Source: the human T2T-CHM13v2.0 reference genome, Homo sapiens
Assembly (NCBI RefSeq): GCF_009914755.1
Contig: NC_060933.1
Reading direction: 5' to 3' (one strand)
DNA length: 64,000 nt
The number at the start of each line of letters is the position of its first letter. Positions within the stretch are counted from its first letter, which is position 1. Shown here one piece after another: positions 28,246 to 40,970 of this stretch. The notes below the pieces were generated by a model, which was not told the origin of the DNA, made no database searches, and saw nothing but the letters and a program-made list of their open reading frames with translations. The position numbers were made by a program, and so were the translations under genes.

Positions 28246-28904
28246 TATTAACAGCATAATCTTCAATTCCTGTGACCTTTATGTTGTGTGATAAGACCTG
28301 GTCATGAAGGAGCCGTTTCTGATGATTTGGGACAACTCCAGAAGTCACACCCATGTTATCAGTCTACTATACAGTGCTAGGCACATGAGCACTATCTCAG
28401 GTGGCAAAAAGGCTAGTGCAGAGAGGCAGGATGGGCCACACTGAGCTAAAGAAGTTGATCAAAGAGGAAAATGAAGACCTCTAGAGTCCTTACTAAAGGC
28501 ATTGAGATTTTGGTTCACAAACACAGTGAACTGGTGCTAGGTAATGAAAAACCACGTTGAGTATTTTAGTAACTAGTATTACATACTACAAGAAGTACTA
28601 CCTGCAACAACTGTGAAAGTAAGTAAGTTTGCTCTAAGAATTCAATTCTCAAAATTTTAGCACAATGTTTTACATTATAAAAGAGGTAAACCCACTGGTA
28701 ATCAGGCCAGGTTCTAAGACATTTGGTTTAATCGGAGACATTTTCCTCTCCACCCGAAAAGCTGGGGCCTCAGTATCCCAAAAAGCTCTGTTATATGTAA
28801 TGAAGGCTCATGGAATCATAGATTCATACAAAGTAGAGCAAAAGTGAGAGATGACCCACTACCACGAAAGCTCAATCTGGCACTTCAAATCTTGTCAGTT
28901 GAGT

Positions 28905-29060
28905 TTAATGGGTCTGGAGTTTTCTTTTGGAATGATAAAAATACTTTAGAACTAGATAGAGGTGCTGGCTGCACAACATTGTGAGTGTACTAAATGCCAC
29001 CGAATTGCTCACTTTCAGATGGTTAATTTTATGTTATATGAATTTCACCTCCATTAATTT
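28905..29060 (+). mobile_element. L1M (L1MB-like) 3' end fragment
   Basis: gagtttcttttggaatgataaaaat...tgcacaacattgtga...aattttatgttatatgaatttcacctc. Confidence 0.75.
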
Positions 29061-29149
29061 TTAGAAATCTCATCAGTTAATAGTAGCTGAATAGTAGCTG
29101 AACCCTTCCCACTGCCCCATCAACTTCCTATTTCTTTTGCAATTAATTC

Positions 29150-29620
29150 CACACTCATTAGTATGTATTATAAGACTCTACAAATCTGAACCTGCCTACT
29201 TCTCTCACCTCTCTTATTACCCTGCATGCTGGGCATGCAGCTTTTGCTTTCTTCAACACAACAAGTTTGTTCTCACTCCAGGGCCTTAGCACTTGCTGTT
29301 CCTCTCCCCTGAATGCCCTTTCCTTCGGTGTGCAAGGTGATTATTTTCTTATGCAAGTCTCAGTTCAAAGCCACTTCCTCAGGGACATCTTCCCTGATGA
29401 CTGTATCTCCTTAGGCACTATCATACCACCTGAGTCTGTTTCCTTTACAGCACTTATACTATATGAAGTTATATTTTCTTTTCATTTTTACTGGTTTAAT
29501 GTCTGTTTCTTGCCACTAAAAAATAAATTTTATGAGAAGAATCTTACAGATTTTGTTTATTACTCCATCCCCACTGCCTGGCACATGAAGTCATTTAAAG
29601 ATAATTTTGCTTGAAAGAAT
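29150..29620 (+). mobile_element. L2 3' fragment
   Basis: ctccagggccttagcacttgctgttcc...ctcagttcaaa...tgcctggcacat...ttgaaagaatgaa. Confidence 0.7.
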
Positions 29621-30023
29621 GAAAAGGGAAAGGAAGGAAGGCAGGGAAGGAAAGAGAGGGGAGGGGAAGGGGAGGGAAGGGGAGGGAAAAGGGAGAGGGA
29701 AGGGGAGGGGGAAGGGAAAGGGAAGGAAGGGGAGGGGAAGGAAGGGGAGGGGAAGGAAGGGGAGGGGAAGGAAGGGAGGGGAGGGGAAGGGAAGGAAGGG
29801 GAGGGAGGGGAGAGGAAAGGGAGAGGGAAGAGGGGGGAAGGGAGGGGAGGGGAGGGGAAAGGGAGGCAGAAGGGGAGGGAGAGGAGGGGAGAGGAAAGGG
29901 AGGGGAGGAGAAGGGAAGGGAAGGGAGGGGTGGGGAGGGGAGGGGAAGGGAAGGAAAGGAAAGGGGAGGGTAGGGGAAGGGAGAGAGGGAATAGAGGGGA
30001 GAGAGGAAGGGAGAGAGGGAAGA
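29621..30023 (+). repeat. ~400-bp polypurine (G/A) tract
   Basis: Only 5 pyrimidines in ~400 bp; core 15-bp unit ggaaggaaggggagg about 4 times at 29721-29779. Confidence 0.97.
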
Positions 30024-30119
30024 TTGCTAAGTCATATGCAGGCTGGACTAGGTGAGAATTCTGTGACTGGTTAGCATTATCTGCCATGAGTGTAGAACAG
30101 GACAGATGTGGGATAAGGA

Positions 30120-30348
30120 CGGTAGTATACTGGCAAATGTTTAACTAGTACTAGTAACTAGTTCTGAGGGTTGATGGCAGTGGGGAGGTGACATCCTGAT
30201 TTGTAGCATTTATCAATTTATGTGGTGTAAACATTCTCACATGGCTGATTTCAAGCAAGCACTAAGTTGTGAACTAGCTCACAAAATTTCTAAAAATTTA
30301 ACAGTTAGTTCTCATGAGCTAGTACAAGGAAATTCTAGCACACCACTG
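30120..30348 (+). mobile_element. MER63A-like (hAT-Blackjack)
   Basis: TIR-like ends cggtagtatactgg / ctagcacaccactg; tttgtagcattt...gtggtgtaaa...catggctgatttcaagc. Confidence 0.65.
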
Positions 30349-30781
30349 GTATAAATGGCATGCATTTGCTGCCCTGGAGATAGTCCTACATTTTCCTTTT
30401 ACAGAGAGAGAACCTGAAGTCCAGAGAGAAAAAAACTGGATCAAGATTTTACAACAAGTCTGAAGCACAGGCCGGTTCCTTGGTTAAAGGCTATTTTTCT
30501 TCATAAAGACCTTTACATGCTGTCAAAAGAGAAGCACCAAGAGGCATACAACAAGTTTGTGCCTCAAAAGAGTTTATTAGGAGCTGTGTGGCTGTGCAAC
30601 AAAGCCTTCTGGCAAGGACCCAAGCAGGTTGACAAACTCCTTGTTTGCCAAGAGTTTGGCTACCCGAAAAGATTTTCAATACATTTATTTTGCTTGGGGA
30701 ATGCTCTGCTGTGAACTGTCAGCATTTTTTCCCTCTGAACTAGAGTTGTTTCTTCAAGCCACATGGACCTGAACAAAAGGC

Positions 30782-31064
30782 TAAGGAACTGACCGGTTAT
30801 AAATCCAACTTTTATATCTCAAGAAGTGTGTCTTTTCCATAGGTGACCTCTTAAATTCTCAATTAAATTCTGTTTGGAATTACAAAAAACAGATTTTAAG
30901 GGTATCCCTAAATTTTACTTCTTGAGAGGGTAAGCAACTGACCAGTTATAAATCCAACTCTTAGATCTCAAGAAGTAAAATTTAGGGACACCCTTAAAAT
31001 TTGTTTTTTGTGATTCAAAACAGAATTTAATTGAGAATTTAAGAGATCATCTATGGAAAAGACA
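30782..31064. repeat. 46-bp direct duplication interleaved with a 99-bp inverted duplication (A-B'-A-B)
   Basis: A 30782-30827 vs 30931-30976 (4 mismatches); inverted arms 30829-30927 and 30966-31064 (6 mismatches), 38-nt loop. Confidence 0.95.
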
Positions 31065-31739
31065 GACATGCACACACACAGGAAAAAATAAAATCAATTT
31101 ACCTCCTGCAGCTGTGTGCACTATCAACGTATGTCCCCTTCTATTCTAACACTGAACATACTGAATTCATTTCCCAGGGATGTTCCTGCAATAGACTGTA
31201 GGCTCTTTGAGGGCAGGGCATTTTTCTTACTCATCTTTGTTTCCTTCCTCAGTTTGAGCTCTCAAAACTTCTCAAACATTTCACACATAGTCTAATTTGC
31301 TGGACAGAAAATCATAAAACCCTCTGACTAAGCAGAAGGAAAGAGGAGATGAAAGACTGAGTCTAGCCTCAGCTGTCTCACTGATTGCTAGGAATTCCAA
31401 CAAACCATTTCATTTCTTAGACCCTCAGTCTTCTCACCTGTAAAATGAGCTGGTTGGACTACAGAATCACCAAGGTCTCTTTCTCTCATGTCTCTAAAAA
31501 TCTTGGATTCTAGAACAGTTTTCCGATTGCTTCATTACAGTTCCTGAGATGTGTGCTCTAATTTTATGTAAATGTGTGTATTTTAGGTATGCTTATTAAA
31601 TATTTAGTCAGTATTGTTTTCTTTTGAGACTTAAGGCCATTGACTAAATTTTTGTTTCTTAAATTTTTCCTAAAAGCAAAATGAGTGAGCCCCATTTACA
31701 TGGGTAAAACTGAATTAATAACCTTGACATAATGAAAGG

Positions 31740-31960
31740 CACATGGTCTTTGAAGCCAGGTGGAGTTGTACTCTTAATACTGCTCCTCTCCATACTAGCT
31801 GTGTAACATTGACCAAATTACTTCATCTCTCTGAGCTTTGCAGCCCTCACTTATAAAGAGGGACTATTAACTTCTTTACACAGTTGTATGAGAAGTAAAG
31901 AAAGACAGGTGCAATGCCCAGCACTCAGTAGTCAGTCCACAAATATTTACTTCTGCTTTC
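31740..31960 (+). mobile_element. MIR
   Basis: tactagctgtgtaacattgaccaaattacttcatctctctgagc. Confidence 0.65.
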
Positions 31961-32434
31961 CTTCTTTCCTCCACATCTAGTTTAAGAATTTATACAAAAG
32001 CAAAAGAGATAATGCCTTTGAAATATTTTTGAGTCATTAATTATATCTAACATTTGGATTAGATTTGCATGAGATAAAAGGTTACAGAAATTCCCCCAAA
32101 TAAGGCTGGAAGTTTGCTCTACTGACAAACAATGTTCTTTTCTTGGATGCTGAAATTGATTTATCTATTAACAAATTTATCAGTACTTCCTCCATCCAAG
32201 AGGCATATCTGTAAAATGGAAAGATTTGTAGCTTAAAACAAAAAATAAAGAAAACAAGTGGAGAAATGATCATGCATGGCTGCAACTGTGCCCTTTGAAC
32301 AGGACTGATGTGTGGAAAAATACGCAGAGCAGGAATGATCTAAGGCGATGCCGTTATTTGGGTAGAATCTGGTCTTTGCTACAGTTTGCTTCAAGATCAC
32401 CAGTTAGAAACTCTATTATTAAAAACTTGCTTTA

Positions 32435-32580
32435 TTGAAGACATACTTAAACGAATGAAAAGAAAACCCATAGACTAGGAGAAAATATTTGCAAATCACA
32501 TATTTCATAAAGGACTTATATTCAGATTATATAAAGAAAGAAACTCTTAAAACTGAATAATAAATTCCTAATTTCAAAAA
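32435..32580 (+). mobile_element. Old L1 ORF2 3' fragment
   Basis: gaatgaaaagaaaacccatagactaggagaaaatatttgcaaatcacatat. Confidence 0.7.
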
Positions 32581-33174
32581 AAGAATCAGAAGTCTTTGTC
32601 CTTTTAAAGGTTCTGTTCCATGTAATTTAAAAATTATTACACAGTTCATTATGAATTATAGAAAAATTATAAGAAAACTAAACAAAACATGTTATCTTTA
32701 ACGTGTTATATTTACTTATAATTTTCCTGTGGATTTACATAGCACTAAATTTACTTCAATGAGATTGAACTAAACATAATGTTTAATAACTTGCCTTTCC
32801 ACACTTAATTATAAACAATTTTTCCATATCAATAGATCTTATAAATGTTTTGGCTGCTTATTATATGCCATGTGGGTGTACAAATATTTAACCAACCCTC
32901 ATTATAGATCATTTTAGTTTTTTCAGTACTGAACAAACCCACAGAACTATTCTGAAAGAAATTAGCCTTATCCTGAACAGACAGTCTTTGAAAAAATGTG
33001 GACAGAAACAGGTTACAATTAAAATAAGTTTTGAAATTCCATTCTTCTAAGCTTATGGCACGCTTCTCAATTGTAGTGTAAATGAGAGAAGGGCTAAGGG
33101 AATTTCTGCAGCTGCCAAAAATTTTGAAAAAAAACTAATTTTGATGATTAGACTTTTTCTCTTTTTTAATGTCA

Positions 33175-33503
33175 CAGACCAAAGTTTGGCCAAGTCCAGC
33201 CCACTCTAGTTTTGTACAACCTGAGAGCTAAGAATGTTTTTTTTACATGTTTAAATGGTTGAAAAATAAAACAGAATAATAATATTTTATGACACATGTA
33301 AATTGTATAAAATTCAGATTTTAGTGTCCATGAATAATAAAGTTTTATTGGAACACAACTGTGTTCAGTCATTTACATATTATCTGTGGCTATTTTGGTG
33401 CTCCAATAATAGAGCTGAGTAGATGTGACAAATACTCTGTGGCCTGTAGCGCCTGAAATATTTACTGTCTGGCTTTTTTATATAAAAATTTTGCCAATGC
33501 CTG
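33175..33503 (+). mobile_element. MER58B (hAT-Charlie)
   Basis: gagctaagaatg...ataaagttttattggaacac...aaatatttactgtctggc...ttttgccaatgcctg. Confidence 0.8.
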
Positions 33504-33858
33504 CCAGAGACTATTTTATAGTTAAAACTGAATCTTTTTTGTTCTCAATTATATCTACCTAGTCATTACAAACCTGGAGCTTTATAATAATGTTTAAGCT
33601 TGGGAGAATCTTGGGTTTGTGTACCTGCCCTGTCACTGATGACTTTGTGTAACTCATTTTTCCTCTTCAGGCTGCAGTTTCCCAATCTGTAAAATAGGCA
33701 GATTGCACTAGATTTCTAAGACGCTCCATTTATTTATCCATATGACAAACACTTTCTTAGTGCCCACTACCTGCCAGTCCCCATGCTAGCTCTGGAATTT
33801 ACTGATAATGTCTATGAAATGGGACATCATTCTGTGGTTTTCACTGAAACATAAATTA

Positions 33859-34203
<345 letters not shown>

Positions 34204-34434
34204 CTATGGAAAAAAGACCAGCAACAACAAAAAAATACAGAAGGGTCTCCAGAAATAAATGCAGGCAAATGACTTCTCCAAAATTAAATCAACAGTAATT
34301 TTAGGAGATTCCAAATTCAGTAACTTTTTCTATAAGAGACTTTAGAGGAAAAAGCTGTATCGTATGCTGGTGCCATCTCCTTTCTTTACTCTTCACCCAC
34401 TCTGATCTACTAGAAGAGTCTTTCCTGAAAAACA

Positions 34435-34925
34435 TAGTATATATACATAATGGAATACTGTTCAACCTTTAAAAAGAGGGAAATCCTGTTATTTGTGACA
34501 ACATGGATGAACCTGAAAGACATCATGTTAGTGAAATAAGCCAGGCACAGAAAGACAAATATCACATGACCTCACTCATATGTGACTCTAAAAAAGATGA
34601 ATCCATAGAAGTAGAGAGTAGAATGGTGGTTACCAGTGGCTGGGGGTACTAGGGTAGGTGGGGAGATCATGGCTGAAGGATACAAAATTTCAGTTAGACA
34701 CAGGAATAAGTTCGACAGATCTATTGTACATCATGGTGACTATAGTTCATAATATTGTATACTTGAAAATTGCTAAGAGAGTGTATTTTAAGTGTTCCAC
34801 AAAAAATAAGCATGTGAGGTAATGTACATGTTAATTCACTTGATTTAGTGGTTCCACAGTGTATACATATTTCAAAATATAACAATGTACATCATAAATA
34901 CAGGCCATTTTTACTGTCAATTTAA
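34435..34925 (+). mobile_element. L1MA-family 3' end
   Basis: acaacatggatgaacctg...gtagagagtagaatggtggttacc...gaaaattgctaagagagt...tgtgaggtaatg. Confidence 0.85.
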
Positions 34926-35344
34926 CAGTACTAAATGAAAACACAATCCTAAGATGTCATAACTCAAAGGAATCACCTCATTTGACAGCTAGAGTAACCA
35001 AGGTCCAAGGAGGAACTATAGCACTCCCCTTTCTCATGTAACTTTCAGATCTCTTTGACTTTCTAATTCAATAATCATTAATTGAACTCCTGTTGATGTG
35101 CACATCTGTGGCTTTGAGTGTCCTGTGTCTGGGGAAAAATTCTGATGGACTTCAAAGCCTAAAGTTTCTGAAACTTCTTTGGCTAATCGTCCAACTCCCT
35201 GCACCCAAAGAGGCCCCCTCAGTGTACACCAGCTCAGGTTGACCTCCTCTCCTAGCCACAAGGCTGATCTTTTGTTGACTTCCCAGGCACTGTAAACCAA
35301 GAACCTTTTTGATGCCATGAACACATCTTTATCACTGTTAATTA

Positions 35345-35461
35345 CTGGGTTGGTACAAAAGTAATAGTGATTTTTGCCATTAAAAGTAATTACTGCACTG
35401 GCAAAAAGTAATTTTGCCACTTTTAATGGCAAAAATTGCAATTACTTTTGCACCAACTTAA
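35345..35461. mobile_element. MADE1 (Hsmar1 MITE), lengthened variant
   Basis: TIRs ggttggtacaaaagtaat...attacttttgcaccaacttaa; ~117 bp instead of ~80. Confidence 0.85.
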
Positions 35462-35690
35462 CAACTAACATTTATTGAACATCTATGTTCTAGGCTCTAT
35501 GTTATATGCATTACTGCATTTAATCCTTATAAAAACTCCAAGGTAAATATTATTAGTTCACTTTCAGATAAAGAAACCAAACTCCAGAAACCTACATAAC
35601 TTGTTTAAAGTGATTCATTTAGCTTGAGATACACCAGAACTAGAACCTAAATTTGTGACTCTAAAGTCCTTTTTCTTGATACTACACTGC
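35462..35690 (-). mobile_element. MIR
   Basis: actaacatttattgaac...tttcagataaagaaac...tgactctaaagtcc. Confidence 0.65.
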
Positions 35691-35757
35691 TGTGCGTTTT
35701 CATTACGCTCTTTCATTGGAATGCATACTTCTCCCAATTCCTTCAAATTGTCTCCAC

Positions 35758-36064
35758 TTTTTTTTTTTTTTTTTTTTTTTTTTGATATGGAGTCTCACTC
35801 TGTCACCCAGGCTGGAGTGCAGTGGCAAGATCTCGGCTCACTGCAGACTCCACCTCCTGGGTTCTAGTGACTGTCTGCCTCAGCCTCCTGGGTAGCTGGC
35901 ATTATAGGTGTATGCCACCATGCCTGGCTAATTTTTGTATTTTTAGTAGAGATAGGGTTTCACCATGTTGGCCAGGCTGGTCTCCAACTCCTGACCTTAG
36001 ATGACCCTCCCACCTCGGCCTCACAAAGTACTAGGATTACAGGCAAGAGCCACTGTGCCCGGTC
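35758..36064 (-). mobile_element. AluS
   Basis: Full dimer with long T tail. Confidence 0.95.
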
Positions 36065-36619
36065 ATAAACAGCTTACTTCTAATTACCTTTCACAATTCT
36101 TTGCTAAGCCCTTTTATGTTATACTTTGTTTAAAAACAGCTGATTTGCAATAGTCACACAGAAGATCTTACCTTAATCCTGATCTAGTGTCCCATATCCA
36201 CTAGACTCTGTGTTTCCCACCATCAAGGGCTGTCTTAATTACCTCTATCCACAGAGTTTATCATGAGGCAAGAAAACCAGACAAGTAAATTATGGTAAAG
36301 GTCGCATCCTTGAGCCCCTCCAATGGTGCCTGCCCCTTCCCGAGCCCCTGCTGAGGGCTCAGCCTTAGGCAATCATGCATTATGGTGTGGTGCCCTCTTA
36401 GCACCTGACCTAAGAGCAGCCAGTGCATGCCAGCAAGTTATGAGTTCAGGTACTTGTCAAAACACCGCCAAAATAGGGAAAAAATTAGCTGATCAGGGTC
36501 TCAAAAATGCAGACCATAAAATGCAGACAGATTCACCAAATTGGCAGCAGTAACCACAGCTCACAAGTTCCAAAGAAGATAAGTACTAGGTGCCATGAGT
36601 GAACTAAAGAGGTAGGATA

Positions 36620-36699
36620 CTAGGTTGGTGAAAACTTTATTGCAGTTTTTCTCATTAAAAGTAATGGCAAAAACTGCAATTACTTTTGCACCAACCTAA
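36620..36699. mobile_element. MADE1 (Hsmar1 MITE; miR-548-type hairpin)
   Basis: taggttggtgaaaact...taaaagtaatggcaaaaactgcaattacttttgcaccaacctaa, ~80 bp, TA flanks. Confidence 0.9.
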
Positions 36700-39600
36700 T
36701 AGAAAAATAAGTATGATAGAAGGAGACATGCAGAGCAGATTGGAGGGGGTATGTGACAAAATTGATAGGTAGAAATAGTTACCCTAAGAGTACTTGGGCC
36801 AGGTGGAGAATTCTTGCAATGGTTCTTGCAACCTGGATTCTCCATGAACTTTCAGATAGTTTTCACAGTGGAGATGGTTCTTGGTTTTCCATGAGTTTTG
36901 AGTCTTGTCCTATGTATCTTTTTGCTGAGTTTACATTTCTGGATGGAGCATAAGTGAGCTGCAGTACTTGGCAACCCCAGGAGTCAAAGTAACAAAGACG
37001 ACATCAAAAACTGCTAGTTGACTAGCTGTCTGAAAGACTAAGGAATGGGTCTTCAGTTATCTTCAGTTCCTCACATTGGCCTTTCTGGAGATGTGAATTT
37101 TTTTCTAGCTAAATGCTGTGATACTAGAACCCTAGGGCATCAGGTGACCTAAAAAGCCTGTGTGTTAGCTATGAATCTTCTATTATAAGCCATCTGCAGT
37201 TCTGCAACAAGATCATCAGGAGCCTTACTGACCAGGCTAGGGAGTTCAGACTCCATCCCATCCACAGAGCAGTTACCAAGAAGAAAACAGATTTGCTAGA
37301 AGAACGCAGCTGCAATATCAACAACTTCCTTATCAATAATTCCTGTACTAAAGCCTCTTCCACAGTTTGCATTTCAACACTGGGGCCCTTGTTGGCACTT
37401 CCCAGGATGACAGAAAGGCAGAGCTAACACCATTTTAGTAAAACATCAATCTCAAAATAAGGATAAACCTCTGTCAGCAACAGTTGTCCTCAGGGGGTTG
37501 GCGTCCTTTGCAACAGGACATTGTTTCATTTCCCTGGTTGTGCTCCTTTTCTTATTAAAGGCTAGCAAATAACTGCTGCAAGGTTTTCCACTCTCATCCA
37601 TTCCCAACTGTCTCCGCCAGAAATATGTGAAACAAGAGGTGAACCAGCTGTATGACAGATGACGGAACTCTGGAAAGCAAAAGTTTGTCACCAGAGAACT
37701 CTAAGAACAGCTTCATAAACCACTGGCTACTTCACATGATCCTCTCAGAGTCTCCAGCAGGGGTGGCTAATTGTCCAGGACTACTTAGTACATAGTTTAA
37801 AACTTACTTCTAGATTTGAGAACCTTGCAGATGAGAAGAATGCTTTCTATATCTTCATCCAGGGCACAGATAAAATGTTGGAAAGGATCTATCTCAAACC
37901 CAAACCCTGTAGAATTGTTCGAAGACTTCCTAGGTAGACACAGAACTAGAAACCAAACCCTTTTGGATGAAATAGTTCAAACATTTGTCTATGAAGCAGA
38001 ATGGTCAACTATACAGATTTTATTAACATTTGTAAAGATGACATACATAAATTTATTTTAGACATAGACGGGAACTCTTACAGCCTGGGAGCACCTTCAA
38101 GTTTGTATATCCACTCAACACACATAATGATTCCTTTCATGTTGGGCATAGGATTGAGCACTGTGGATTCAGAGACGATTAAACCGTTGTCCTTAAGAAA
38201 CGTATGATCTAATAGAGAGAGGGGAATCCACATCAATAACAATGCTTTTCTCTCCTGCCTGCCTCTGTCACACTGAAAGTGTTTAGAGAGGTCCTAATGC
38301 AAACTGTGTACTGAGGAGGCTGGCAGTGCTTTGAAAGCCTTTTAGGGGCCACAGTAATTAAGGGGTATACAAGAAAATGGGACTGCAGGTTAATTTTTCC
38401 TAGATTCCACTAGAGGGAAAGCTCTGCATCCATCTTTTATGTCCTGGACTTTGATGTAGGATATCCATCAAATATTTCCATTGTTTTTAAAAAACAAAAC
38501 AAAACAAAAATGTTCAAGTGGGGACTTCTCCTTTCTGCTTCCAGAAAGGTGGGGTAGATGGGTTGTTCCCTATTCTGTCTCCTAACTACCACTAAAAACC
38601 CTGGACATTATATATAAAACAAACACAAGAATACTCTGAAAGATAAAGATAAGAGGACAGACCAGCTAGGAACTTCTGGACATGGTGAGTTCCCTGGGTT
38701 TTCATTTCACCTCATGTATCCTAGACTTGGGACTGAAGAAGCTGGCAACCCAGAAATGTCAATAAGCACAAACAACAGAAGCTGGTTCTGTCCTGCCAAA
38801 GGACCAGGAAAGGGGCAGCCTAGCAAGATAGAAACTTTTAGACACTAACCACTGTCTTCTAGCCAAACAACACAGATGAAAGCTAGCCTCACCCACCCCA
38901 CCACACACACAAAGGCATAGAGTGTGAAGCTTAGACTTCCACTCTCTCCAGGCTGTAATGAAGTGCCCCACCATACCTCCTCTCCTGCTGGGTTGGTGTC
39001 CAGGAAGGCCAAGAAGGTAGCTGGGATGTCCATCCTCACTGGGTGGTAATGAGCTCATATCCTTCCTCATAATGTCAGGCTGGTGAGCCTGAGTTTCCAC
39101 CTCCCACCTGTTAGTAACGAGGTGCCCCCCCTCCCTCCCCACTGGGCATCAGTGGAGCCTAGTGGAGAGTCAGGACCTTCACCTCTGCCCAGCAATAATA
39201 AGGCCACCCTTCCACCTCTGTGGTGTCAGAGAGTCCACATATGAAACGAGAAACAGGCATTCCTACCCCTCTTAGTCAGGGAGTTATTAGTAGAGGCCTA
39301 GAGAGAACCACGACTCCCACCATCCCCAAGCAGTAATGACGAGCCCCCATCTCATGTGTTAACAGAGATTTAGTGGGGAAACCAGAGTTCTACTCCTACC
39401 TGCCAGTAACAAAACAACACAGCTTCTCCTTCCTTTGTTGAAGTAGTGTCAGAGGAAGCCAGCTAAAATGGACAGCTTAAACGAGACCCATAGTCTCATA
39501 ATACAGTAGCAGAAATGCCCAGATTTCAATACAGAATTACTCAACATGTCAAGAATCAGGAAGAACTGAATAAAATTTCAAATCAAATGAAAAGATCATA

Positions 39601-40809
39601 GATTTCATCACTAAGATGATAGAGATAATAGAATTATCTGTCAAAGATTTTAAAGCAGTCATAAAAATGTTTTAATGAGCAATACAAACATACTTCAGAC
39701 AAATAAATCAAAAATGGGAAAGTCTCAGCAAAAAAAACAGAAGATACAAAAAGCCAAATGAAAAATTTTGGAACTAAAAATAGAACTGAAATGTTAAAAA
39801 AAATGGTTATGCTTAACAGCAGAATTAAGAAAATAGAGGGGAAAAAAATCAGTGACTTGAAAGACTGGATAGTAGAAATCACAGAGACGACAGAGAATAT
39901 TTTTTAAAAAACCCACCGACTTGTAGGACTATAAGAAAATATTTAACATTAATGTCATCAGGGTCATGAAAGGAGAAGAGAGAGAGGGTGAGGCTGAAAA
40001 AGCACTTAACAAAATAATTGAAAACTTCCCAAATTTGGCAAAAGACATAAAATCTACGGATTCAAAATGGTGAGCAAGCTTCAGACAGGATAAACCCAAA
40101 GTAATCCACACTAAGACATATCAGAGTCAAATCTCTGAAAACTAAAGACAAGGAAAAAAATTCTTGAAAGCAGCCACAGTAAAATTCCTTGCTTACAGGG
40201 GAAAACAATTCAAATTACAGTGGATTTCTCATCAGGAACTATGTAGGTCAGAAGACAGAGGCACAACATTTTCCAGTGCTAAAAAATAAATATAGAATTT
40301 TGTCAACCCAGAATCCTACATCCAGCAAATTATCCTTCAAAAATTGAGGAAAAATAGGACATTCTCTGGTTAAGAAAAACTGAAAGTACTCGTCATCTGC
40401 AGACTTACCCTCAAAGAATGACAAACAAAAGTTTTCTGAACAGAAAGGAAATAATAAAAGAATTTCTGAACTTTGGGAAGGAATAAAAGACATGGTAAAC
40501 AAAAATATGAGTATATATAATAGACTTTCCTTTTGCACTTGAATTTTCTAAATTATGTTTGACGGCTGAAACAAAAATTATAACACTCTCTGATGTGGTT
40601 CCAAACATATGGAGAGGAAATATTTAAGGCAATTATATTGTAAACAGAGGAGCATAATGGGATATAAAAGGAGGTAAGGTTTCTGGCACTTCACTTGAAC
40701 TGGTAAAATGATACCACCAGTGGATGGTGATAAGTTGTGTACATACAATATAATACCTAGATAACCACTAAAAATGCTATATAAAGAGGTATACTCAAAA
40801 ACATTATAG

Positions 40810-40970
40810 AAAGAGCAGATTTTGAATGTTCCCAACACAAAGAAATAAGTGTTTGAGGTGATGGATATGCTAATGACCCTGATTTCATCATTGCACATTG
40901 CACACATGTATCAAAATATCGCACCATACCCCTTAAAGATATATAATTATGTGTCAATTTAAAATAATAA
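40810..40970 (+). mobile_element. L1MA 3' end fragment nested in the old L1
   Basis: gattttgaatgttcccaacacaaagaaat...gaggtgatggatatgctaat...gtcaatttaaaaataa. Confidence 0.7.

Noticed and set aside
29560-30087. 175-aa P/S/F-rich and 155-aa G/R/K/E-rich ORFs
   Set aside because: Translations of the polypurine tract, which can hardly contain stop codons; non-ATG start for the plus-strand ORF.
37170-37435. Open frames on both strands in non-repeat sequence
   Set aside because: No convincing splice-site pair or protein similarity.
37752-37770. CTCF-like ccagcaggggtggc
   Set aside because: Imperfect match; such motifs are frequent by chance.
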